From Chrysomallon squamiferum (taxonomy: Eukaryota; Animalia; Mollusca), in contig CM022665.1 of the NCBI GenBank assembly GCA_012295275.1, positions 9,920,001 through 9,984,000 on the forward strand: 64,000 nucleotides of DNA. The letters are read 5' to 3'. The notes beneath the pieces were generated by a model, which saw nothing but the letters and a program-made list of their open reading frames with translations, was not told where the DNA came from and ran no database searches. Within the stretch, counting starts at the first letter, position 1. Each line of letters begins with the position of its first letter. The translations under genes were made by a program, and so were the position numbers. Shown here piece by piece: positions 26,051-39,851 of this stretch.

Positions 26051-26575
26051 CTGTAAAATGAATAAAATTAATAACTATTATTAATAATATCATATAACAA
26101 CACATATTTACTATTTTTATTATATCTTAGTCAACATATTTGTAAGAAGAAAAAATGATAATAAAAAATGAAATTTCTTTCCAACTCTGATGAACCAGTC
26201 ATAGTCTGTAACTCAAATTCAAAGGCATGCCTTTTCATTTACACTAAATTACAAAAATATCAAACAATCAGTAAACGATAAATTATATACTCTTAAATTT
26301 GTTATTATTTGACATAAAAGTAATGTGATAAAAACAGCTTTGGTGAAATGTTGTTCATTTTCATTATTTAGATCTGTAAATAAAAAATAAATTGATAAAA
26401 ATGTAATGACCTCTGGCTGTTTTCCTTTATTTCTGGAGTAAGTAATTTGTATTTACACGCAATCCTTTTCAATGACATTTTAAAATTTAAACTCAGGCAA
26501 CTTTAATTACACTCGACTATTCATCTACAACTAAGTTTAGATTTTCTAATATATATAATGGCTGCTATACTTCAC

Positions 26576-26648
26576 CTGAAACTTGTCTTTTAGGCACCAC
26601 AGCATAAAACCTGGATAGCCTAAGAATCCTGCGAGTGAAGGAGGCCAT
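26576..26648 (-). CDS. MRPL19: MRPL19 exon 1 (mitochondrial targeting peptide MASFTRRILRLSRFYAVVPKRQVS)
   Basis: ATG at 26648, Arg-rich presequence with no acidic residues, donor CAG|gtgaag, phase 1 matching exon 2. Confidence 0.85.
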
Positions 26649-26993
26649 TCTAATTTGTTACTGTCGTTATAATCCCCCATCACGTTCAGCGCACCATTGA
26701 ATCAAACGACTTTCAGCAAAATGCTTCATAACCTCACAAAATGTCTGTGAATTAACCATAAATTACTGTTAAAAGAATAAAGATATATTCGTTGTTCGGT
26801 TGCATCTCAGAAAGTCTATGCTGTGGATCTGTTTGTGTCTGCGGTGCGGCTTGTACGAAATAATCCAAATTACTGAGACAAGTTATCGGTCCTTTACCCG
26901 AGCGGCTTGTTAGCAACAAATGCTTATCCTCGCCTCACTTCAACCGCAGGAGCAAACACTTTAGTGAATAAGAAAGTGAAAAAGAAAGAAATG
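26649..26993. promoter_or_regulatory. Probable bidirectional promoter for MRPL19 (-) and the unassigned gene (+)
   Basis: CpG-containing, GC-richer island directly upstream of the MRPL19 ATG. RFX half-site GTTAGCAAC at 26909-26917. Weak donor ATG|gttaat at 26993/26994. Confidence 0.55.
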
Positions 26994-27503
26994 GTTAATT
27001 TCGGTTCTATTATCTTTTCATAAATAAATAAATAAACTGATTAATTAATTAATTAATAACAACAACAACAGTAATAATAATAATGTAAAAATAAAAATAA
27101 TTTTGGATATAAAATAAATGAAATGAAAAATATTATACAAAATAAATATAATATATCCTCATCGAATATCTAATTCTAAAGGGATAACTTTATTATTACA
27201 GTAATATCCACCACGTCAGTACGAATTTTTCGAGATAAAAAACTAAACATGCTGGTGCGGAACAGTCTAAAGTGTATGAATTTTCGACAAATGATTGGGC
27301 ACTGAGATAAGGCATACATTTACAAACAAAAATGCCTTTTAAGTTAAGTAGAAAAATAAATAAATAACGATAAAACTAAAAAAAATTTTTTAAAGTATTA
27401 TTATTATTATTATTATTTAGTTAGTTAATTATTATATATTTATTTATTTGTTTGTTTATTTATTTATTTACTTATTTATTCATTCATTCATTCATTCATT
27501 CAT

Positions 27504-27648
27504 TTTAATTACTGAATGTGTATGTGATTAAAAACTGAAAGCACGAAGTTTCTCCGAGGACGAGGTTTGTTCTCATCGCTAAATTACATACATTAGATGA
27601 TTAGTACAATTAGAAATAAGAGACACACATGGAATAAATTTCAAACAT
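27504..27648. repeat. Dispersed repeat, copy 2
   Basis: Direct match to 1297-1469. Confidence 0.85.
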
Positions 27649-28409
27649 TTTTGGAAAGAGGATGAAGAGGGAGTAAGTTACATAAAAGAAATGATCATTT
27701 TATTTCACATAATTTTTATAAGCGTTATTAATTAACAAATTAGGAAAATTCTTTTTTATTTTTTTTTTTTTTTTTTTTTTTTCTTATTAATATTACTTTA
27801 ATAATTTTATTATTTATTAATTATGCTGAGTTTTTTCTTTCTTATGATGACGTCACTTGATTATTGCGCGTTGAAGGCGACACTCCACTAAAAAGCTTTC
27901 ACGAATTATTTTATGAAAGTGAGTTACACAAACTGAAAAATATAATAATAATAACAAAACAAAATTCAAGCGACCGTCAGATGCTGAATAAAACATCATT
28001 TATTAAGGCAGTCAGGTATATTAATACAGGAATTTGTTTCTACAAATGTTGATAGAACATGAGTAGTAGTAGTAATAGTAGTAGTATTTTCTTATTATTA
28101 CTAATTGGATCAACAGTCGACCTTAAAGATGCTATTTTTTATTATTTATACAGAGAGCTTTTCGGATATTTTCTTATCAAACATTTCTGACAAAGAAAAA
28201 TCTCTTAATTGAACAAATGTCCATTTTATTATTTATCTCTGTGTGTGTATGTGTGTGTTATAGTTACTGGAAAATGTATGGAAAGTCATGGATTCCTGTC
28301 ATGATGATGATGTGTGTGTGTGCGCGCGCGTATGTACATTTATTTATTTATTTATCTGTTATTTATTTATTTATATTTGTTTTGTGTCCAGAACTGAGGT
28401 GCCGCGAAT

Positions 28410-29417
28410 ATGAGTAAAATCATACCACCTGCGGGCTTTAGATACCATGCTAATGGGCAGCCGAAGCTTTTGCATTCCTACGAGAAAAGGGTGAGACAAA
28501 TTCTGTCTGCCCTGCCTCTCCAAACCATGATACACAATTCTGGTAGAGATCGAGGAATCACCATTGGAGGTGTTGGGGATAGACTAACTACAAGTACGAG
28601 TTGGAAAACATCAAAAAAAGGATCCTCTAACTCAAGATCTCAAGTGACTAACACTGGGGACTATTTGCCAGAAAAAGAAGTCATTGTGAGGATGTATGAC
28701 AAAGCGGATGATAGTTCTTTAAAAAATATATCACAGAAAAACAGTATTGAGAGACCTAAAAGTCACGTTGATTTTAAATTATCTGAGATAACATCAGTAT
28801 CGGTACACGAAAATGACAATTCCAAATCATATAATAATTTAGACAGCAAAATAGTTAAACACAGAAAGAATGTTTCAGCTAAAAGCCAGGCGGGTGATAC
28901 TAAGGTTTTTGAAAAAGTTCCGCTATCGAAGCTTGTTCAGTCTGTCTCTGTGCAGTCATCAACATCCAGCATTGACAGTGAGTCCGATACACTACCTCGA
29001 AAAAGCACTGTCAGATTTACACCATCGATCAGTGTCAATAGTAATGAACCATTGCTATCAAGGCATTCTGTAAATTCGTTTCTTCCCAGGAGACACTCGG
29101 CTGGTGCTCAGACTTCGTTGCGTGCTATGACGTCACCCATGTATAAAAGAAGAGCTTCCACTGGCACATCTCGAGAACTGTTATCATCCGAGCCGTCAAG
29201 GTGGCTGGAAATTCAGAGGAGAAATACGTTAGCTAATACTCGAGAATTACAGTCTAAACAGCAGATGTCGAGTTCTTTCTTCAGTCATTCAAAAGACCAT
29301 ACAGATGAAAAACGCCAGTACAACTCTTCACCTTCAATGTACATCGTATCATACGAACAAAAGTTTTGGTCATTATTCTTAAAAGAATCAAAGTTGAAAC
29401 TTATGAAACATCATGCT
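28410..29417 (+). CDS. Main coding exon of uncharacterised Ser/Arg/Lys-rich protein (361 aa with next exon)
   Basis: 1008-nt open frame in AT-rich DNA. Acceptor tttgtgtccag| at 28391, in-frame TGA before the ATG, donor GCT|gtaagt at 29417. Confidence 0.85.
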
Positions 29418-29601
29418 GTAAGTAAATACACCCATACACCAAAACACAAACGCGCACGCACGCACGCACGCACGCAACCACAGAATGACACACGGTATTA
29501 TAACTACTAAAATTGACTAAGATGTAAGATTTAAACATATCTTTACACATAGAATGATATGATTACTATTTACTACACATTTCTCTTCTTTACTTCTTCA
29601 G

Positions 29602-29679
29602 AGAATGGAAAACTTGAATTGCCAGCAGAAAGTGCAGCAGTTTCTAGCAGAAATGAAAATTAGGAAAACTGCAAAATGA
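29602..29679 (+). CDS. Terminal exon of uncharacterised protein (RMENLNCQQKVQQFLAEMKIRKTAK*)
   Basis: Long polypyrimidine acceptor ttctcttctttacttcttcag|; phase 0 matches the 29417 donor; TGA at 29677-29679. Confidence 0.8.
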   Translation, partial: RMENLNCQQKVQQFLAEMKIRKTAK

Positions 29680-30236
29680 AAACATGTATTGATTACATAT
29701 TAAGAATGTAGATATGTTAGATTTCTGTTCACTGATTCAGAACTTTTCTGATGTAAAGCAAACCTGTCAATTCAGTTTTGTGTTTTATTTTTTTATAATT
29801 TTTCATTAAAATGAAATTCATTTTGTCTTGATTGTTATCTCAATCACTGTAATGGCTGTCCCTTTAGTGAAAGTCTGTATTTGCTCCTGATTATAGCAAC
29901 AACCAATCTTCAAAATTATTTTTAACACTACAAAAGTTGATACTTCCATTTTCTGATTTGAACTCAGATTATAGAAATAACCATGGCTGCAGTGTGTAAT
30001 TATTACAACCATCAACCTTTTATTTATATAATAATGTTGCCAGCGATGACTAATTTGTGATAATTAAGTTAAAGATTCATTATCTTACTGTACAGTAATT
30101 GTGTTGAAAATTCAAATATACAGCCTGTTGTTATCAGTCAGTATTTATTCATTGTATACATGTCAGAAAGAATTCATTGGCAGGTTTATGCAGTATCTAA
30201 AAAATTATGATAATATATTAGATTTTATTATTATTA

Positions 30237-30284
<48 letters not shown>

Positions 30285-30322
30285 AAAAATATATTTATAT
30301 TAATAATATATAATAAAAATAT

Positions 30323-30440
30323 AATTAATCGAACTTCCTATTTTTTCTATTTTATCATGTACAATTTTTTTAATAATATATAATATAAATATTAATCAAA
30401 CTTCCTATTTTTTCAAGTTTATCATGTACAATTTTTTTTT
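30323..30440. repeat. Short tandem duplication (~67 bp spacing)
   Basis: ATTAATC.AACTTCCTATTTTTTC...TTTATCATGTACAATTTTTTT occurs twice. Confidence 0.8.
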
Positions 30441-33400
30441 CATGTATTTACTATTATACAAATGTTAATTTGATATTATGAAAAAATTCTTTATTAATTG
30501 CATTAAAAGGAAGCACAGAATAGAAATGTAATTATAAAATAAAGTAATAATGATAATAAATACTTCAGAAATACTTACTATAATTAAATCTTATTTTTTT
30601 AATATTTACTCTTATTATGATAATAATTTGTGTGTTAAATATTACTGTTAGTTTTGTACACACTGTCAATACATTTATTACAATTTATTGTACTTTAATT
30701 AATTTATTGTTCTCTAAATTATTGTGCAGATTATTGTATTTAAATTAGCTGTTAAATAGATTAATGTAAACTATTTAATGTACTTATTGTATACAGATTG
30801 TTGTATAGTGTTGTACTTTAATTGTTTTATTGTACTAAAATCATCTATTGAATTACTTATTGTACGTACACTATTGTACTTTAAGTTAGTTATATATAGT
30901 GTATGTACAAATTATCTACTCTATTTGAAATATATATTTTTTGACTACTTGAAAATGTTATGTTTTTATATTCATCTGAGAGTGGTCAAACTGAACAATC
31001 AGTCCTTCTCTCAACAGCCCTTTGATCATTTTCTATTCATACATATGTTCCATGGTTATAGTATATATTTACCTGTTCATGAAAAAGTACATAATAAAAA
31101 TTGTATATTAGTTACTTAGAGACATTTTGATTATTTTAAACTATTTTCTTCACATATAAATATTCATCTAAACTGGGTTTCATAAAATTACATTAACAAG
31201 AATTATAACTGCAACTTATTTTTCCGCATACAAAAATGCATATAAGATTGAGTATTCATATACTTTCAATTTGCAACAAAATTGGAAGAATATGTATGTC
31301 GGTCATTGGTATTTAACCAAAATAAAGAAAAATGCAGTTTATATTAATTTTATTATTATTAGTTATTCTGCAAAAATCTAAGATATTTAATTATCAACAA
31401 AAATACCAAAGACAATTAAAATATTTTTTAAATTGTATCTTTGGTAATGCTAAAAACAGTTTATTCATTTTACATATATTCCCAAGTGACTGATGGAGTA
31501 TGAAACCAGTCTTTGCTAATAATAAAGTTTTATAGAAAAATAAACGAAACTATATAAAACTATATAAAAAAAAAAAAAAAAAAAAGTATGGAGGCTGCCT
31601 TATAATCACCGTATATTAATTTATTTTCACTATACAGGATGGTGAAAAATGCCTTTATAAAATAATTTTGCACTTTCATGCTTAGAAAAAAAGTTTAAAC
31701 TTTGTAACTAACATTTATTTGCTATAATGAAATATGCATCAATTTGCAAAGTTTATTGTTGTTGCTGCTGTCTTCATTTTTTTTACAATATTTATTTATT
31801 TATATACTTATTTACTTACTTATTTTAAAAATTATTTTTAAATAGTACATTTAAAGACTTACAGTGAGTTAATAATCATTGGCTGTAGAAAGACATCACT
31901 CACTTCAGGGGATTTAGCATTACACTAAGTTATAAACTGAATTCAGACTGAACTCGATTTTGCCTTTTGGCAAGAGGTTATTGCAGAATAGTATCATCTA
32001 ACCCTGGATGTCAAGTGGCTTAAAAGGTCATGCTGCCAGCAGATAATGAAGTGATATGTGATGAAACATTTCTTTATCAGTTGTAAAGGGTGAATATTTG
32101 ATCTCCACAAATGTAGTCATGATGTCATATTAGAGAAAAAGTAATAAAATGATTGTAAAAATGAAAAATGATTATAATATTACATCACCAACAGTGTAAA
32201 GTGACTCATGTACATGTTCCACCTTCTAGTCCATCAATCGTTTTAACAAGTAAAATGCAAATACTCTAGTAATGTTGACAGGTCTTTTTTCTTTTTGGGC
32301 AGTTTTGTTGCTGTTTCTGTTTTTGGGGGTTTTGGGGTTTTCTTTAATTTTTTGTTTTGTTACTATCATGGACAGCCTAAGTACTAAATTCATTTTAAAA
32401 TATTGATGTGCAAGAACGGGAGAAATGAGTCAATAAGACATAACCAAGCCACTGTCATGAACATAAAATTAACAATCTACATGCAAACATCAGTAGCATT
32501 ATTTTTAACATGTTATTTAGTTACTTATTTAATTATTCAATCCCTTGGTTTTATAAAACTAAATGTAACAAATGTAGAATAGAAATAACATAATTTGGTT
32601 TTCACCGATGATTTATTAATAAATATAATTTGACAGAAATAACCAAAATATGTCCAAATGCAAAATGTGTTTATGTGATTGTTTACAAAATGTACTGATA
32701 CTTCCATGTGATATATTTTTTAAAAATGAAAACAAAAAGGTGACTTAGAATTTCACAATGGGTTAAAAGTAAGACAAAGTTGAGAACAAAAGGGTTATTA
32801 TATATATTGCCATTTGTTATTATTTGTCTTACTTTAAAAAGCCTCATTGTAAAAAAAAAAAAAAAAAAAAAAAGTAGTTGGTTACAAATTCCATTGAGGG
32901 GAAGATTACATAAAATGAATAGTATAAATAATAACAAAAACTCATGATGCTGAAAATGCTATTTAATGTCTGCTCTTTAGTTTACAATATTACAGAAAGC
33001 CAAACTATTTGTTATTACATTTAAATATATATGAACTGTGATTGCTTAATTTCTGTCTTATTTTAATAAATACAAACATTCACAGAACATTACAGACAAA
33101 AATAATTTCATCAGATAACCAAAGGTCTACAATAAAGCAAAGTTTGTGAAAATATAAATTAAAAAAAACATTTTTTATACAGTAGAAAATATATATTTTT
33201 ACAAGTTCAAAAATAGAATTAGCACTTGTGGTGGTTTATATATGTTATTTAATTTTACTATTTACATTAGTTACATATACAGTTTACTGTTTTAACCATT
33301 GTAGATGATTCTCAAAATTCACACTTTTTAAAAGTGCTAATAAAATTGACATTTAAAAGACCAAACTTAGGTTTTTTAAATATCTTCTTTTTTTTTTTTT

Positions 33401-34109
33401 TTTCCATTCATTTTTGTTCAAAAGAGAACAAAAAAAATGTAAAAAGAAAATACTTCAGGTGGATATATATATATATGCTGTCAAAATACTCAACTTCATA
33501 TACATTCATTGTTTGTATTTTATAAATAACACACAGTGTTTTAAGGCAAATTATTTACACAAATTTGTTTGCACATTGTAAATTTACAAAACTATGAGTA
33601 TTGATTGACTGCATTGTCTGCAGCATAGCTATATAATATTAATTTATATGTAATTGAAAAAAATAAAAGTATATAACAGTCATGTGTACTGAGGTATTTG
33701 TTTTGTTTGTATATCTCAATTACATACCCTATGTATCCTTCTGTGAAAATAAGTTTTTTGTTATGTTTTTCTTTTTTTAAAAAGAAAAGAAAAAAGAAAT
33801 AGAAGAAATGAATGATTTTTCTTACTCATTATATATATATTTTCCATAGCTGTTGTTCTTCATCTTTTTCTAACTTACAAAATAATAGATTCCCTGTCAA
33901 AGGTATCTACAGTTTTTAGAGATAAATTAAAAAAATTCATATTGAATTAGATTTTTAGATTAAATTTAACATAAGGAGGAAAATCTTTTTTATTCATATT
34001 TTTTTAAAATTAAGAAAAATTAACAAAAGTTGTAAATCAAATGGTGGCATGCAGCCAAAAATAAAATTCAACAAAAAATATCCTTGCATGATACAATTAA
34101 TTCCTTTTC

Positions 34110-35821
34110 TTACACATAAGAAAATTTTTCAGTCCAGTCATTTTCTTTGCTAGAATTACATCCTCTATCAAGATCCTCAGGTAAAGATAAACCACAATTA
34201 GTCACACCCTGTCCTTTATAAATGTATTTATGATTGGTATTACATGAATTGTTGATTTGACTATTTTCACATTCAGATTGTACAGAGGTAGAATTATCCT
34301 TCTCAGCAATCCTCAGCTTGTCTGCACCTGGATCAAAAACGTTTTTAAGGTTGGAAACACTCCATGGTAAATTTTGTGAAGATTTAACTTTTGTTTTTCT
34401 CCTGCTGATTGCATGAGAAGTGTTGGCATTTGATTCAAAAGTGTCAATGTTTTTTTTATATGATCGTTCCTTTCTGACTGGACATTCTGCCTGATTTGTG
34501 TCTGAAATGACAGGAATTTTTCTACAAGTCCTGCTACTGTCTGGTTCATCTTGTTCAGACGTTTTCTTTTGCTCCTCATATAACTTTAAAGAATCATAAT
34601 AAATCTTTTTAGGATCTTTTGTTAAAACTACATATTCATCAGGTGGCTCTGCTTTTCTTTCAGCAGAACTATATTCTTTTAAAGATTGTTCATACAGTTC
34701 TTTTGCCCGCAGGCTGGCTTCCTTCTGTCTCATAGCTTCAGGAATTTCAACATTTAAACCTTTCTCAAGGAGAGATTTCCTGTGCAGTGCTTGAATGTAA
34801 GTAGGTGGTTTTGGAGGTCTTGCAGAGGGGACATCATTCTTTTTCCCTTCAGGATTTACAAATGCTTCAGGATTGATTTTTGACAGTCTTTTGTAATGAT
34901 GGGAATTGAATGTGTCCTCTTTACCCATAGAGTTCTGACTGGACTCAAGTCTGTTTCTTTGAACATTTCTAACAGAGGATGTCTCACTAGCTTGTGCAAG
35001 TGATGAAGTTCTCTTTATTCCTTTTTCAGTAGCAAACTGTCTCAAGACAACATTAGGAGGGGGTGACCCCAAAGAAGTATACTTTGCAAGTTCTTTTTTG
35101 CCTCCTTTATCTTTTTCATGTACCTCTTCTTCTGAGTCCCTGCGGTAATATGATACAGCAATGGGAGGTTTACTTGTTTGTGATATTACAGTGGCATCAT
35201 GCTGAACCAGAGGATCCCGGTTTATTGTTTCTGTGTTTTCATTCTTATAATCCAGGGACAATGTAATTGTCCAAATGTCAGCTTGATCCTGGCTTTTATG
35301 ATTACAACCTGTGGCATCATTTGATAGCTCTTCAGGAGTATCTGGCAAACTGCCTTCAGAACTGATGCTCATTTGAGAACTTGACTCTGTATTGAGTCTG
35401 AGTTTGACTTTGGACTTTTTCTTTGATTTTTCTTCATCACATTTGTCACGGATGTCCGAATTATAAGGTTTTTCAGTGATCTTGTCTCTGTCATCACTGG
35501 ACATGTCAGGTGTGATTGACAAACTGAAATTAAGATATCCTTCTGTTTGTGAAACTGAGGACGGCTGTTGGTAGCCATCAAAGCTACCATTATCAGATGT
35601 ATACTGAAGAGGTGATGGACAAACTGGATTTATAGATTTTTTTATTTTCATCTCACCCTCTACTTCTTCTTCATTCAAAAGCCCATCACTCAGCATTAAT
35701 CCCGAATCGTGGCTGAGATTTGACAGCTGGCTGTTTCCTTGCTGTGTGATGTTATCAACATCAGAAAACAGATCCCGATCCACAAGACTTTCAACTGAAG
35801 AATCATCATGTCTCAGATCAT
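34110..35821 (-). CDS. ARHGAP20: ARHGAP20-like terminal exon, long low-complexity tail ending ...EKFSYV*
   Basis: 1712-nt open frame after acceptor ttttttcag|; phase 1 matches the 36155 donor. Confidence 0.93.
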
Positions 35822-36154
35822 CTGAAAAAATAAAACAAAATAATAATAATACACTAGAAACAGCTATTCACATTACAAAACATGTTTTCTTACATATTCT
35901 CAAGCCAGTATTTAAAAGGAAAAAAGGATAAATTAATTATCTTCTTCAGCAGCATTATTAATTTTTATAAATCTCACTGATTTTGCATTTTTGATGTATA
36001 TGAGGGGAATCAGATGTACCATAAAAATTGTAAAGTTTATTTTGATTATAATAACCTGAGGAATATTCTTACATATTATGGCTACATGGTTACCATGGCA
36101 ATAAGTATTACATAGCTATATAATTGAAACAACATCAACAACAACTGTACTTAC

Positions 36155-36468
36155 TGGGCAAACTGTTTAAACTGTCAGTGTCAGATGATTCACTGATGAA
36201 GGAATTTTCAATATATTCATCAAACATGCGTAGAATACGTGATCCAAATATGTTAACAGCCTTTTCTATTAGATACTGTACTGGTTTAGTTGGTGATAAT
36301 GCAGTTAGATCATGACGATTCTTCTGAATAAGGATGCTGGGTGCTATGCAAATTGCAACATTGACACTGTTCATCTGGTTTTCATTGCTATATTTTACCA
36401 CATGGCAAAGCATGCATATTAGCAGCTTCAACAACTGTATATTGGCCAAGGGTAACCTCTGTAACAAT
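36155..36468 (-). CDS. ARHGAP20: RhoGAP domain C-terminal exon
   Basis: LLQRLPLANIQLLKLL...NQMNSVNVAICIAPSIL...YLIEKAVNIFG; phase 2 to 1. Confidence 0.96.
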
Positions 36469-36794
36469 CTGCAGAAATAAATGAATAAATATATGAAGTA
36501 TTCTTGCTTGTTAGCCTAAGCAATTTAAAAAATAAATAAAAAGAATAAATAAAACAAAATATAAACAAATAACACACATCGAAATTGTATTCATTTATAC
36601 TATGCCAAAAATAAAATACTTCTTAATTTTAAAGATGACTGAATGAAAATTAAAAACATAGTAACAATAATTAACAGTGGCTCTCAGGCCTGTTGTAGTA
36701 TACAAGGTAATAAAATTAACAAAATAACAGTAATATAAAACTACTTCTGTATCCATTAGATCATAACAAATTTAAACATTAAAATGTTTTGCAA

Positions 36795-36930
36795 TCCAAG
36801 AAAGGATAATCCATTTGGCTATTTCTTATTTTGACCAGCACAAAGCATTTTCTGTTTAGGACACTTGACATAAAAAAGATTCTTTACTACTATAACGAGC
36901 AGAGATGAAATGGCAACATTGAACTTCCTC
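36795..36930 (+). mobile_element. Relic of the same SINE family
   Basis: CCATTTGGCTATTTCTT...CATAAAAAAGATTCTTTACTACTA, reverse complement of the core. Confidence 0.45.
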
Positions 36931-39155
36931 TTTCTTTTTATTATTATGATTATTTAAAAAAAACTAACTTATTTAAGCTCTTTGCTGCTAATGCATTTTG
37001 CCATCTAAATGGCAAAAACCTAAACTATGGTACAAATAGACAATATCCAGGCACTCTACTGAACTGATATCTCTGATGAACACTTGCTATCATACAGAGC
37101 TGATGATTGTGCTATAACTTACCAAGCAGTGTCAGGTAAGGTAAAAATAATGCCCAATTGTTAGTAAATGTTCATACCAAATGTATCATCAGTGAGAACA
37201 TCAATAAACAAAAACTGATTCATTCTACTCAATACTTTTCTTCAAAACACTATCTGTATTTTATTGTTTTTTAACCCTTCTTTTATAATAACACCAACTC
37301 ATCATCTATTAGTACTTTTTCACAAATCAACTTTAGCGTATTTCTCTTACTTAGGACATGAAATGATGCCAAGACTCAACTGACATGGAATCTAATATAT
37401 TATTTTCTCTAAATTGAAGAAATGCTTGATGTAGCATATCTGATATAGAAAAGTTGTTACTTAGCATTGCATTTAATGTATAATGTATAATGGATAGATT
37501 AATTCTTAACTGACTAATTCCAAACACACAAACAGGTTTGTTTGTATTCTGTATAAACAAATTCTTTATCTTTCTGAATTTCTTCATTGTTTTGTTAAAT
37601 AATAATTGCAAGTTATATACAATAATATAAATATTATGTATTTATCTTGATAAAGTTCATTCCACATCAAATCACCCTGTCTAATTTTGCAGAAAATTGG
37701 TATTAAGTGTAACTGGGGCTGAAGAAGCTGATATTTCCACTTTTAGCATGATCAGACATTATTTCGAGATGTTACATCTTTAATCTAGCCTAATCAATAA
37801 GCTTAACAATTACCCCATGCATACTATGATGCCATATTCAATACTCTACAAACCCATACATTTTGTCACTTTTTTCCTATACTGAATTATGACTTTTTTT
37901 CCAAATCTACTCTGAAAGTACTTAGGTAATGATAAAAACAGATCAAAGTTTTAATTACGCATAAGTTCGAAGAAATGATGATATACTTAAGCTAATTTAA
38001 AACTGTTAAGCAGAAGATGAACTTGCCAGTAATAAATGCAGTTAGAATTGTTTTCATCTCAAAACCAAACAGAAATCACAAACATAATAAACGTATGGAA
38101 TAAATACAATGATTTTTTTTTTTTTTAGAAGAATTATGATTATTTAATTTCCCCACCCCATGGTTTAGGTGCAACAACATATTATTAGGAATGTTAAGAT
38201 CTGTTTTATTGGTTTCTACTTTTGGATATGTCTATTCTAAATTCATCCATTTGGAATTCATCTAATAAGACTGACACCTAACAGATTAGGTATGAAAAAC
38301 CAGTTATGTGAAGATCCATTAAAAATAATTATGAATATTCAGAAAACTTTTTTATTTATTTATTTATTTATTCATTTATTCATTTTAATAATTCTACAAA
38401 TAAAAATGTATGAGGCAGAAGAAAAAAATATTGGTAACTGTAATTTGCAATTCCATTATGGAGTAAAGTTCAGTTTACTTATATCAAATTTAATCTAGAC
38501 CAATAAAATGTAAATGCAAAATTTCTATAAAAATATCATTTTGTTAACCATTTTAATTTAAAACTGAATAGACAGTAATAATAATAAACTACTGGTTTTG
38601 ATACAAACATTATTCTCAAATGATACTGGCATATCAAACTATATGTCTGCACAGTATTATTCTGTTGGATGTTTTCCATATAATTTAATCTTTTCTGCAG
38701 TTGTAAAATTAAATATCTTTAGAAAAATATATTCTATAAGGCTATTTTTGTAATTAATTTAATATTTATGTGTATATCAAACCTTAAGATTAATATACAC
38801 TTGTTATCTCGAATGTCATGTATGGTCTCAAATGAAATATTTTACATATATTTTGTATGTTTTCCTTAATTCTGAAGAATGCTTCTTGATAAATTGTTTT
38901 TTATAAAAACCCATGAAAAAGCTTTTTTATTTTTGTCTTTCCTTCAGTCACTGTAGACCAACTGTGCAGTATTTGTAGCAAGCTATGTTGTGCTTTAAAT
39001 TATAACATCAAATATCTGTTTTCTTTATAACAGACTAATTAACCGTTCTGATATTATCAAATGAAAATAGTTTAATCCACTTAATACAGGTGGTTCCAAA
39101 CCATGCCTATGATAAAAAACCAATAAGACTAAAACTAAATATGGAGAAATATAGA

Positions 39156-39294
39156 AAAAACATGACAAGAACGTCATTTAATTGTAGTAACACTTAATCC
39201 TAAATTGTATATATATACATTAGGATTATATATATATATACACAGATTAGGATTATGTGTTATTACAATTGAATGACTTTCTTGTTATGTTTTT
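39156..39294. repeat. Foldback with 48-bp arms (43/48) and a TA-repeat loop
   Basis: 39156-39203 vs the reverse complement of 39247-39294. Confidence 0.9.
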
Positions 39295-39489
39295 AAGAAA
39301 TATTCCAAAAAATATATATAAATATGTTTCTTGAGTCATCTAGTGGGAGAACCAAAGAACACTTCCAAGCATTATTCAGACTGACTTTGTTATGAAAAGA
39401 GAATTCATGGGACAGAATGCCAGTTGACAGTTACCAACTTTTTCCAGAAATGCTGAAGTTAAATAATTTTATTAATTCTGTTTTCAATG

Positions 39490-39508
39490 ATGTGTATATG
39501 TGTATATC

Positions 39509-39539
<31 letters not shown>

Positions 39540-39817
39540 ATGTATGTATGTATGTATGTATGTATGTATGTATATGCATATGTGTGTGTGTGTGTGTGTG
39601 GATGTTTGTGTATATATATATGTCTGTATATATATGTATATATGTATGCATGTGTGTGTGTGTGTATACATATATATATAAATATTTGTGCATGTGAGTG
39701 TGTGTGTGTGTATTGATATGTATATGTGTGTGTGTGTATTTATATATGTGTGTGTGTGTGTGTGTGTGTATTTTTATATATGTGTGTGTGTGTATTTATA
39801 TATATATGTGTGTGTGT
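39490..39817. repeat. (TG)/(TATG)n compound microsatellite
   Basis: Direct inspection. Confidence 0.95.
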
Positions 39818-39851
39818 AAAGTGGTGTAATGAGTACATAATAAGATCTTAC

